Shown here: positions 16,265 through 24,073 of the stretch, in pieces
How the letters are laid out: each line of letters opens with the position of its first letter
How positions within the stretch are numbered: position 1 is the stretch's first letter
NCBI GenBank assembly: GCA_964412845.1
Contig: CAYPQM010000002.1
Span: forward strand, 14,497-78,496
Length of the DNA stretch: 64,000 nt
Direction of reading: 5' to 3'
DNA from: an uncultured Streptosporangiaceae bacterium
GTDB lineage: Bacteria > Actinomycetota > Actinomycetes > Streptosporangiales > Streptosporangiaceae
Translations under genes and position numbers: made by a program
The notes under the pieces: model-generated
Told to the model about the DNA's origin: nothing
The model's input: only the letters and a program-made list of their open reading frames with translations
Databases searched by the model: none

Positions 16265-17551
16265 TCAGCGCCGGTGCTCCAGCGCTGCGTACTGTTCGCG
16301 GGTCCAGCCGAAGGACCAGGCCGCGGCCGCGACTGGGTCGGCGAAGTGGCCGGGGACGGTCAGGCCGAAGCGGCGGCGGGTACCGTCGCGCTCGGTGGAA
16401 CCGTTGGTACACAGAAGAACGCGCACGTGGGCCCGGTAGACACGGCTGGGTACGTCGTACAGCGCGAGTTCCTGGCCCGGGTTGCCGGGGTCCGGGACGG
16501 GCAGGCCGACGGGCACCATGGCAGCCTGGTCGATGAACCGGTCCCAGCCGAGGCGTTCGATGGCAACGCGTCGGATCTCGGTGTTGCGCTCGGCCAGGAT
16601 CTTGTCGCTGGGCCACTCGGGGCCTTCGATGAGGTCGGCTGGGACTTGGGTGCCGTGCCAGGCGTGGATGCCCCATCCGTCGCGGTAGGCCACGGCTGGG
16701 CCCTTGTCGGCGTGAAGCTGTTGCTGATCGTCCAAATGGATGGACTCGGGTCGGTCGCAGATCACGACGGTGTCCTGGAAGGGCCACCAGGGGCCGGCGT
16801 TGCTGGCGATCAGCATCTCCGCGTGGAGCGCCGGCTTGTTGGGCTCGAACTTCGCCGGCGGAACCCCGTCGATCAGGGGCCCGCTGAGACGCGACCGGTT
16901 CCACGGCATGGGCAGGTACTCGGACATCTCCCTGGCTCGCCGCCGGTCCTCGGCTCCCATTCGCGCGATGAGCTCGCAGCGGGTCAGCCTTTCGGCATCG
17001 AACTGCCCCGGGTGCACGCGGAGTCTGCGGAGTGCGTAGTAGAGATCAGCGTCTCTGGCTGATCGAAGGTCGAAGCCCACCTGAAGAGTAGTCTCGCGAT
17101 TCGGAATGACCGCGTTTGTGAGCTGGGCTCCGATGGGCCGGATGAAGTCGGCCGCGAGCATGCCTGAGACCCTGCTGGCCCACCAGACATTTTCGGTGTT
17201 GTAAAAGCCCTGTCGTTCGTGTGGTGGCAGGAGTACGTCCCAGGGCAGCGGCTGGTCGTGCGCGAGGAGGCATTTTTTGACGAGGCGGACGGCGTCGGCG
17301 GGCGAGGTGGCCCATTCGATCCAGGGCTGTCGCTGCTCGCGGGCCCGGTAGAAGTCGCTGATCCCGATCTCGGCCAGCTGCCGGTTGGCGGGCTCGGTGG
17401 ACAGACCCCAGGTCCGCCACGTCCGGCTGAGTTCCTGGGCCCGGGTCGCCGGATCCAGGTAGCGGTGAAGAGGCACCCACGCCTCGCGGGCCGACCAGTA
17501 CGGCGAGAGGGGCGGCCGGGTCGAACTGTTGGGGATCGGTTCCGACGTCAT
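16265..17551 (-). CDS. Uncharacterised-family protein, paralog 3 of 3 (428 aa; resembles DUF6745 from memory)
   Basis: Shares WGLSTEPANR, GPWWPF, CDRP, HADKGPAVAYRDGWGIHAWHGTQVP, RRVAIERLGWDRF, PVPDPGNPGQELALY and RRRFGLTVP...YAALEHRR with the two upstream genes. Confidence 0.85.
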   Translation of the reverse strand: MTSEPIPNSSTRPPLSPYWSAREAWVPLHRYLDPATRAQELSRTWRTWGLSTEPANRQLAEIGISDFYRAREQRQPWIEWATSPADAVRLVKKCLLAHDQPLPWDVLLPPHERQGFYNTENVWWASRVSGMLAADFIRPIGAQLTNAVIPNRETTLQVGFDLRSARDADLYYALRRLRVHPGQFDAERLTRCELIARMGAEDRRRAREMSEYLPMPWNRSRLSGPLIDGVPPAKFEPNKPALHAEMLIASNAGPWWPFQDTVVICDRPESIHLDDQQQLHADKGPAVAYRDGWGIHAWHGTQVPADLIEGPEWPSDKILAERNTEIRRVAIERLGWDRFIDQAAMVPVGLPVPDPGNPGQELALYDVPSRVYRAHVRVLLCTNGSTERDGTRRRFGLTVPGHFADPVAAAAWSFGWTREQYAALEHRR

Positions 17552-17590
17552 CAGGAGCCTCGATTCGGGTGGCGGGGGTGGCCGGCGGGT

Positions 17591-18760
17591 TCAGCGGCGA
17601 TGTTCCAGGGCTGCGTACTGCTCGCGGGTCCAGCCGAACGTCCAGGCGGCGGCTTCGACCGGGTCCGTGAAGCCTGCGGGGACGGTGAGACCGAACCGCC
17701 GGCGCGTGCCGTCGCGCTCGAGAGAGCCGTTCGTACAGACCAGAACGAGAACCGGCCTGTCGTAGATGCGGACGGCGGGGACGTAGAGGCGTAGTTCCTG
17801 GCCTGGGTTGCCGGGGTCCGGGACTGCCGGCCCGAGGGGCTGCAGGATGTCGGACTCGACGAAGCGGTCCCAGCCGATGCGTTCGATCGCAGCTCGGCGC
17901 ACCTCAACGTTCCGCTGGGTGAGAACCTGCTCGGGGGTCCAAGGCGGCCCTTCAATGAGGCTGGCCGGGACGACGGTGCCGTGCCAGGCGTGGACGCCCC
18001 AGCCGTCGGGGTAGCGCACGGCCGGACCGTTGTCGGCGTGGAGGCGCAGCTCAGGGTCGAAATGGATGGCTGTGGGGCGTTCGCTGATGATGACGATGCT
18101 TTCGAAAGGCCACCAGGGGCCGGCGCTTCGAGCGATCTGCAGCAGCGCGTGCCAAGCGCCGTAGTGCACCGCTGAGATGGATGCCTCTTCCTTCACCAGC
18201 TCCAGTTCGTAGCGGGCGAGAGCCTCGGCATCGAACTGGCCCGGCACGACGGCATGGCCCTTCATCCGCAGAGTGTGGAACGGGCCTAACGTCATGTTGG
18301 CGGTCAGGTCGGTCGCGGCCAGGACCTGTTCGCCGACCTGGCGGGCGGCTCGGAGCGGACGGAGCTGCTGTTGCACCAGTCCCCAGTTGATCCGGTGGTT
18401 CCGGCCAAGGACGTACAGCTCTGATTCGGGCGTGAGATCTTCGCGGGCGCACGGCCACGCTGTGCCCTGCGCCACGGCGTAGTCCGCTGCTCTGTGCGCC
18501 GCGTGGGGCGAGTCGGCCCAGATGATGCGCGGTTTCTGTCTGCCGCCCAGCTGCCTGAAGGCATAGAGGTCGATGATCGCCCGTTCGGCCGCGTCCCGGT
18601 CGGCGGGGTCCGTGGACAATCCTCGCTTGGCCCACCACGCGGCACTGTCGAGGTACCTGAGCGTGTCGTCGGAGTACTCGCGGAGGTACTTGGCGAAGTA
18701 CTGCTCGACCAGCGGCGGGACCAGCTGGTCGGGTTGCGTCTCGGGCTGTGGGTCTGTCAT
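17591..18760 (-). CDS. Uncharacterised-family protein, paralog 2 of 3 (389 aa)
   Basis: Same motif set along the full length (GLSTDPADR, GPWWPF, SERP, HADNGPAVRYPDGWGVHAWHGTVVP, ...YAALEHRR). Confidence 0.85.
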   Translation of the reverse strand: MTDPQPETQPDQLVPPLVEQYFAKYLREYSDDTLRYLDSAAWWAKRGLSTDPADRDAAERAIIDLYAFRQLGGRQKPRIIWADSPHAAHRAADYAVAQGTAWPCAREDLTPESELYVLGRNHRINWGLVQQQLRPLRAARQVGEQVLAATDLTANMTLGPFHTLRMKGHAVVPGQFDAEALARYELELVKEEASISAVHYGAWHALLQIARSAGPWWPFESIVIISERPTAIHFDPELRLHADNGPAVRYPDGWGVHAWHGTVVPASLIEGPPWTPEQVLTQRNVEVRRAAIERIGWDRFVESDILQPLGPAVPDPGNPGQELRLYVPAVRIYDRPVLVLVCTNGSLERDGTRRRFGLTVPAGFTDPVEAAAWTFGWTREQYAALEHRR

Positions 18761-18825
18761 GGGTCCTCGCTTCGGATGGTGGAGGCTTCACGGTCAGCGC
18801 GCGCCGTGACTGGCGCCGCGGTGGA

Positions 18826-20148
18826 TCAGCGGCGGTGCTCCAGGGCGGCGTAGTCGTCGCGATCCCAGCCGAAGGTCCAGGCCGCGGCTTCGACCGGGTC
18901 GGTGAAGCGGGCCGGGACGGTCAGACCAAAGCGCCGACGCGTGCCATCGCGCTCCTCGGAGCCGTTCGTGCACAGCAGGACACGTACGGGGTTGCGGTAG
19001 ATCCGGCCGGGCACGTCGTACAGCGCGAGCTCCTGGCCGGGGTTCCCCGGGTCCGGGACAGGGGCACCCACGGGCGCCAGCTTCGCGTCTGCGATGAACC
19101 GGTCCCAGCCGATGCGCTCGACGGCCGCGCGGCGGACCTCGGTGTTGGGGTGGGTCAGGATCTGCTTTGCGGTCCAGCCGGGCCCGTCGATCAGGTCGGC
19201 GGGGACAGGCGTGCCGTGCCAGAAGTAGACGCCCCAGCCGTCCGGGTAGACCACGGCGGGGCCGTCCTCGGCGTGAGGACGCTCCTGCTGGTCCATCAGG
19301 ATGCCGCTGGGGCGCTCGCAGGCGATGACCAGCTTGTCAAAGGGCCACCAAGGTCCGGCGCTGCGCGCGATTTTTGCCAGGGCGTCCAGGGCAGCGCTGC
19401 GGGGTCGGTTCGGGCGGGCCCGCTTGCCGACCTCGTGCAGAGCGAAGCTCTCGGCGTCGAACTGCCCGGGGATCAGCGGAGGGCCGTCCTTGCTGGCAAA
19501 GCGGACGAGCGTTCCTGCGGGCGACGTTGCCAGTGCTGCGCGGAAGACCTCGCGGCCGATCTGACCCACCAGCTGCAGGTTGGCCGTAGTCCCGAGCATG
19601 AACCTCCAGAGAACGTCGGTTCCCCCGACCAGCGCCTTGTATTCGTTGTCAGGCATGAGCTCGTCGCGTGACAGGCTTCTGGCATCAGCAGCGGCGATCA
19701 CGGCCTTGTAGATTCCGACTGCGGCACGGGGTGACTGCGCCCAGATGATCTGGGACGGCTGTGGCAGCCCGCGCGCCTGGTACACCTTGCGGATACCGGC
19801 CTCGGCCGTGGCACGATCGGCGGGCTCGGTCGACAGCCCGGCTTTCGCCCACCGCGCGGTGGTGCTCGTTGAGATGCTCACGTCTCCGAAAGCCTCCACA
19901 GTGCTGAAGAACACGGGCAGGTCGAATTCCACGGAGAAATCCATCGTCGAGGGCAGCAGCGCACCTCTGTGATCGACGTTCCATGACACCGGCGTGTTGA
20001 CGCCCGGGATCAGAACGGGTGGTGACGGGCTCACCGCGCCCGCGTGCTTCCGGGAGCGACGCCGGTGGCGGTGCAGGCCGACGGCCCCGGCGGCGGCACC
20101 GGCCGCTGCTGTGACGAAGGGCGCGACAGTGAGGATGGCGGTGATCAT
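18826..20148 (-). CDS. Uncharacterised-family protein, paralog 1 of 3, with an N-terminal TM anchor (440 aa)
   Basis: Start is MITAILTVAPFVTAAAGAAAGAV (residue 100 of track ORF 18826..20445), followed by the same motif set. Confidence 0.8.
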   Translation of the reverse strand: MITAILTVAPFVTAAAGAAAGAVGLHRHRRRSRKHAGAVSPSPPVLIPGVNTPVSWNVDHRGALLPSTMDFSVEFDLPVFFSTVEAFGDVSISTSTTARWAKAGLSTEPADRATAEAGIRKVYQARGLPQPSQIIWAQSPRAAVGIYKAVIAAADARSLSRDELMPDNEYKALVGGTDVLWRFMLGTTANLQLVGQIGREVFRAALATSPAGTLVRFASKDGPPLIPGQFDAESFALHEVGKRARPNRPRSAALDALAKIARSAGPWWPFDKLVIACERPSGILMDQQERPHAEDGPAVVYPDGWGVYFWHGTPVPADLIDGPGWTAKQILTHPNTEVRRAAVERIGWDRFIADAKLAPVGAPVPDPGNPGQELALYDVPGRIYRNPVRVLLCTNGSEERDGTRRRFGLTVPARFTDPVEAAAWTFGWDRDDYAALEHRR

Positions 20149-20282
20149 CAGGGTCCGATCAGCTGGTCGACGCAGCAGGCGAGAGCAACGCCGCCGAGGG
20201 CTGCGATGAGGACGATCAGGGCAAGCAGCCCGGCTGCGGCTGCCAGGCGTCCGGCGGCCCACGCGGCCCGGCGCGCGGTCAC
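20148..20282 (-). CDS. Possible 44-aa single-TM peptide, GTG start
   Basis: VTARRAAWAAGRLAAAAGLLALIVLIAALGGVALACCVDQLIGP. GTGA overlap with the LuxR stop, and its stop abuts the paralog-1 ATG. Confidence 0.45.
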   Translation of the reverse strand: MTARRAAWAAGRLAAAAGLLALIVLIAALGGVALACCVDQLIGP

Positions 20283-20749
20283 GGCGTCCTGCCGGGGCGG
20301 CTCGCGGTCGCGCGGCGGTGAAACTCGACGCGGCGCATGACGGCGCGGGCGTGCTCGCGCACGGGCGTGGGTGTCGGCGAGTTGGCGACGGCACCGACGA
20401 CGCCGAGCAGCCCGTCGACGAGCCGGGCCGGCAGCAGGACGGCATTCCCGCCAGTTGGCGGCCGCGGCACCGGGACGGGGATGGGAACGGGAGCGGGCGT
20501 CTCGGGCTGCTGGGCTGGCCCCGGGGGTGCCGGGATGGTGCCGAGGCCGATGGCGATCGCAGCGGCCTCGGTGCGGCTGGCGGCGCCGAGCTTGAGGCAG
20601 ATGCGGCTGAGGTGCGACTTGACGGTGAAGAACGCGATGCCGAGCTCGGCGCCGATCCGGGCGTTGGAGTGGCCGGCGGCCACCAGCACGAGGACGTCGA
20701 TCTCGCGGGTGGACAGCGGGGAGCCTAGGCGGGGCGTGCGGCGCTTCAT
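20279..20749 (-). CDS. LuxR/GerE-family HTH regulator with an N-terminal HTH, Pro-rich linker and unknown C-terminal domain
   Basis: LSTREIDVLVLVAAGHSNARIGAELGIAFFTVKSHLSRICLKLGAASRTEAA. Preceded by a 157-bp non-coding gap. Confidence 0.85.
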   Translation of the reverse strand: MKRRTPRLGSPLSTREIDVLVLVAAGHSNARIGAELGIAFFTVKSHLSRICLKLGAASRTEAAAIAIGLGTIPAPPGPAQQPETPAPVPIPVPVPRPPTGGNAVLLPARLVDGLLGVVGAVANSPTPTPVREHARAVMRRVEFHRRATASRPGRTP

Positions 20750-20906
20750 CGCGGAAGGTCCCTTCGCGCGCCCTGGACGGTCGTGTCACGGGCGGATGGG
20801 TTTGGGCCGGTACGCCTGGGCCGGACCGGTGTCGGCGCGCCTTCTGCGTGGCTTGTGGGCGTTTGGCCGTAGGCGGAGCCATTCGTCAGTTCGTTTGATG
20901 ACGTGA

Positions 20907-21359
20907 TCATGCTGCTGCGCCTGTGGGGTATCCGGGCCCGGAGAGGCTGGAGGCGTCGTCGGGGACGGTCATGTCGGGGGTGGCGAGCAGCCGGACGTGT
21001 ACGGCGAAGGGGAGGAGTTCTTCGTCGCCGGTGGTGGTGTTGCGGAGGTGGACGTCGACGATCTGGGGGGCGTTCTCCCAGTTGGTGTCAGGGTTGTCGC
21101 GGGTGCTGGGTGTGCCGATGACCTGGCATTCTTCGCCGTTGATGCGGACGAGGTACTTGTCCCGGATGTCGGTGATGCCCATCGGTACCCAGGGGCGGCG
21201 TTCGGGTTCGGGTTCGTCGTCTGGGGTGAGGGTGTTGCGGAGGACGGCGAGGGTGCGGCGGATGGCGTCGGCGAGGCCTTCGGTGAGTTCGAGGGCGGCG
21301 TCGAGGATGGTGGTGGCGATGCCGGGGACTGCGCGGGTGGTGGCTTGCAGCAGGTTCAT
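20907..21359 (-). CDS. Hypothetical protein (150 aa)
   Basis: Track ORF. Confidence 0.7.
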   Translation of the reverse strand: MNLLQATTRAVPGIATTILDAALELTEGLADAIRRTLAVLRNTLTPDDEPEPERRPWVPMGITDIRDKYLVRINGEECQVIGTPSTRDNPDTNWENAPQIVDVHLRNTTTGDEELLPFAVHVRLLATPDMTVPDDASSLSGPGYPTGAAA

Positions 21360-21676
21360 GGTCGGTCCGGGGGGTCGGGGGTTGGTCTGGCGGCGTCGAG
21401 TCGGGAGGGGTGGAGCGCGGTCATGGGGCGGCCGGTGACGGTTTGGCAGCCGAGTCCGGGGGCGGCTTTGCAGAAGGGGCAGCGGACGGCTCGGGCGCCG
21501 CCCTGTCGTGTAGGGATGGCCGGGGTGCCGTCGGGGGCTGGTATGGGGTTGGCAAGGGGCGGTCTGTGAGGCTTAACGACGTTGGTGCGCGCAAGGGCGC
21601 GGATGCCGTCTGACATGCGGCGGGCGTCTTCCATGGCGCGGCGTTCGGCGTCGGGCTCAGTGTCGGTGTTGGTCAC
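21356..21676 (-). CDS. Small protein with a CxxC-x-AAPG-x-C...H zinc-ribbon-like motif
   Basis: VRCPFCKAAPGLGCQTVTGRPMTALHPSR. The same motif type occurs in the 63335.. gene. Confidence 0.7.
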   Translation of the reverse strand: MTNTDTEPDAERRAMEDARRMSDGIRALARTNVVKPHRPPLANPIPAPDGTPAIPTRQGGARAVRCPFCKAAPGLGCQTVTGRPMTALHPSRLDAARPTPDPPDRP

Positions 21677-21753
21677 GGGTGCTCCTCGGTGCGGCTGTCG
21701 TCGGGGCCCGGTGGGGTCGGGCCGGCCGGGGCTGGCGGTTGACGGGACGGTGG

Positions 21754-22827
21754 CTATGGGCCGTGGAGGCTGGGCATGCGGCTGCGGGCGCAGGCGGCGG
21801 CGCGGGTGATGACCAGCGGGGTGGGTGCGTTGGTGACGCCTCGGCGGGCGAGGTCGGCTTCGACTTCGGCCTGGAGGGCGGCGCCGAAATCGTCGAGTTG
21901 GCCAAGGAGCCGGCGGGCGGCGTTGTACTCCTCGTCGGTGATCACGATGTCGTCGAGGTTTTCCACAGACGTGATCGTTTCGACAAGTGAGGTGGTCGCC
22001 TTGGGTGAGTTGGTTGGTGGTAGTTGGTCAAGGTTGGTCACCGGCAACGGGTTGCCGGAACTGTGGCAACCCGTTGCCGGAAGGCTGGCAACGGGTTGCC
22101 GGAAGGGGTCGTCGCCCGGGGCGCCACTGGCGGCAACGGGTTGCCGGGAGCCTGGACCGTCGGCGGGGTTTTCCACAGGGCCTTGCGGCACCGCGTTGCC
22201 GGAAGCGGCCGTGTTGTCCACAGGGCGTTCCGGCACCGTGTTGCCGGTAGCGTGGATCCCGGGGTTCTGTTCCGGCATCCCGTTGCCGGGAGCGGGCTCG
22301 TCGTTGCCGCGCTGTTCCGGCACCGCATTGCCGGTAGGGGTCTTGGGCTCGCGGTCGATCGGCATCGCCCGGGCTGGCAGCGGCTTGCCCTGGAGCTCGG
22401 CCAGGAAGGGCCGGAGCGCGAGCGGTTTCGGCCGGATGAGCTTGCCGTCGTCGTCGCGCTCGCAGGGCTGTCCGTCGCGGCCGATGGGCTTGCCCTGGGG
22501 GTCGCGGCGCATCGGGATCGCGGGGTAGCCGGGGCCGGGCAGCGTCAGCTGGTAGGTGTCCGGGACGCCGAGCTTCCTGCCGTACTTGGTGATCTCGATC
22601 AGCCCGAGTTCGGTCAGGACACGGATGTTGTCGCGGAGGTAGCGGACGTCGGAGATGATCGCCTCGTCGGCGAGCGTCTCCTCGCTGACCTTGACGTTGG
22701 AGCCGTCGGGGTCCGCGTAGGTGGCGAGGATCCCGGCGACGGCCTTGACGATCTGGGGCAGGTCGGAGCGTCGGATCCAGACGGCCCACATGTAGTTGCC
22801 GACCGGCTGGTGCTTCAGGTCAGCCAT
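21754..22827 (-). CDS. Replication-initiator-like protein (N-terminal winged-helix domain) whose gene contains the iteron array
   Basis: N-terminal wHTH-like region. The middle encodes repetitive TGNAVPE/SGNAVPQ/TGNTVPE peptides from the DNA iterons, a lambda O-like arrangement. Confidence 0.75.
   Translation of the reverse strand: MADLKHQPVGNYMWAVWIRRSDLPQIVKAVAGILATYADPDGSNVKVSEETLADEAIISDVRYLRDNIRVLTELGLIEITKYGRKLGVPDTYQLTLPGPGYPAIPMRRDPQGKPIGRDGQPCERDDDGKLIRPKPLALRPFLAELQGKPLPARAMPIDREPKTPTGNAVPEQRGNDEPAPGNGMPEQNPGIHATGNTVPERPVDNTAASGNAVPQGPVENPADGPGSRQPVAASGAPGDDPFRQPVASLPATGCHSSGNPLPVTNLDQLPPTNSPKATTSLVETITSVENLDDIVITDEEYNAARRLLGQLDDFGAALQAEVEADLARRGVTNAPTPLVITRAAACARSRMPSLHGP
22041..22334. 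repeat. Iteron array: 8 copies of the palindromic 16-18-bp motif CCGGCA(A/C)CNNGTTGCCGG; candidate replication origin
   Basis: Copies begin near 22041, 22065, 22087, 22131, 22186, 22230, 22272 and 22317, with spacings of about 22, 22, 44, 55, 44, 42 and 45 bp. A lower-GC GTTGGT-repeat stretch (22005..22040) is adjacent. Confidence 0.85.
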
Positions 22828-22934
22828 GGCGGCGCCCTTTCTCTCGTGTGCTCGGTCGGGGATCGGCGGGTCGGCCCGGCGCGTGGCCGGCGGTCCGCGG
22901 CCTGCCGGGCTCCCCTCCCGGCGGCGTGCTTGGG

Positions 22935-23588
22935 TCAGGGGCTGCCGCTGGCGACGAGCCCGGCGGCTGGCGACGTCGAGTCGGCGCCCCAGGGACGGCC
23001 CGGGTCCCGCAGGCCCGCGGTGACGAGCGCGCTGAGGATGGCGGGAAGGGTCGCGTCTCCTATCCCGGGCCGGCTGCGCAGGTCGGCGTCAGAGGCGGCC
23101 ATGAGTTCGGCGACGGTGTGGATGCCGGCCCGGCGCAGCCGGTTGTGCACCTTGACGGGCAGCGCGAGCGTCCACAGCGGGGCGTCGGGGTTGAGGGGCG
23201 TCTGCGGGGCCGCCAGCTGGGCGGCCCGGGCCGCGCGCGAGGTGTCCCGGAGCGCGTGGGTCGGCGGTGTGCCCAGCATCAGGGGCGCGTGCACGGCGGG
23301 AGGCGTAGCCCGAATCGCGTCTCGCGCCTGGGCCAGGGCCCGCTTGCCGTACGCGGTGATCATCAATCCCCCGCGTTGGCGCTCAAGGAACCCGTCGCGC
23401 ACTAGGTAGCTGGCAACATTCGCGACGTGGTTGGCGGACCGGCCGATGCGCAGCGCGATCTCGGCGGGTCGCGCGCAGGGCTGCTTGGCGCACGCCGACA
23501 GCAGCAGGTAGTCCATCCCGTTCAGCCCGAGGTGCCTCAGGCGGTAGGTGTCGGCGTGGCGCTGCTGGGTGCCGGGGAGTGTGGTCAC
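22935..23588 (-). CDS. Fusion protein: MarR-like winged helix plus an RNAP alpha-CTD-like HhH domain (217 aa, GTG start)
   Basis: N-terminus PAEIALRIGRSANHVANVASYLVRDGFLERQ. C-terminus LALPVKVHNRLRRAGIHTVAELMAASDADLRSRPGIGDATLPAILSALVTAGL. GTGA overlap with the rusA stop. Confidence 0.7.
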   Translation of the reverse strand: MTTLPGTQQRHADTYRLRHLGLNGMDYLLLSACAKQPCARPAEIALRIGRSANHVANVASYLVRDGFLERQRGGLMITAYGKRALAQARDAIRATPPAVHAPLMLGTPPTHALRDTSRAARAAQLAAPQTPLNPDAPLWTLALPVKVHNRLRRAGIHTVAELMAASDADLRSRPGIGDATLPAILSALVTAGLRDPGRPWGADSTSPAAGLVASGSP

Positions 23589-24073
23589 GGGGTAGCTCCG
23601 ATCGTCCAGATGCGGATGAGCACACCCGGAGCGGCTGGCGCGAGGGGGTGCTGGCCCGGGTAGTACTTGCCGGTGTCGCGGTACTCGACGACCTGGGCGT
23701 CGTCGAGCCACGCCAGGCCCTTGAGCGCGTCCTCGGTGGAGCGCAGCAGCTTGGACAGGTCCGGGGTGCAGCTGGGCAGCACGCGGCCCTTCGGCATGCG
23801 CTGGGGCGGCTGGAGCGTGAAGATCATGGAGGCGGCCAGTGCGCCGGCCAGGGGCGCGCAGTTGGCAGCGGCGTCAGCAACAGCCGCGCGCCAGGGCTTC
23901 ACCTTGGCCGAGGACTCGACGAGGATCGGCGTGCGGCCGCCGTTCTTCGCGGCCCGCGTCCCGACCGCCTTCTTCGAGCCCTGCGGGCCGGGCGTGCCGC
24001 TCACGGCGAGCTGGATGGCGGGGTCGGTGTCCAGGTTGAGGCACCGGGCGCAGCAAGTGGTCGGGAAGTTCAT
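23585..24073 (-). CDS. rusA: RusA-family Holliday junction resolvase
   Basis: [29 protein letters not shown] matches E. coli RusA [30 protein letters not shown]. Confidence 0.9.
   Translation of the reverse strand: [162 protein letters not shown]

Noticed and set aside
22041-22334. The regularly spaced repeats as a CRISPR array.
   Set aside because: The repeats are short (16-18 bp), degenerate palindromes with irregular 4-37-bp spacers. They lie inside an intact coding frame with no cas genes nearby. They fit iterons.
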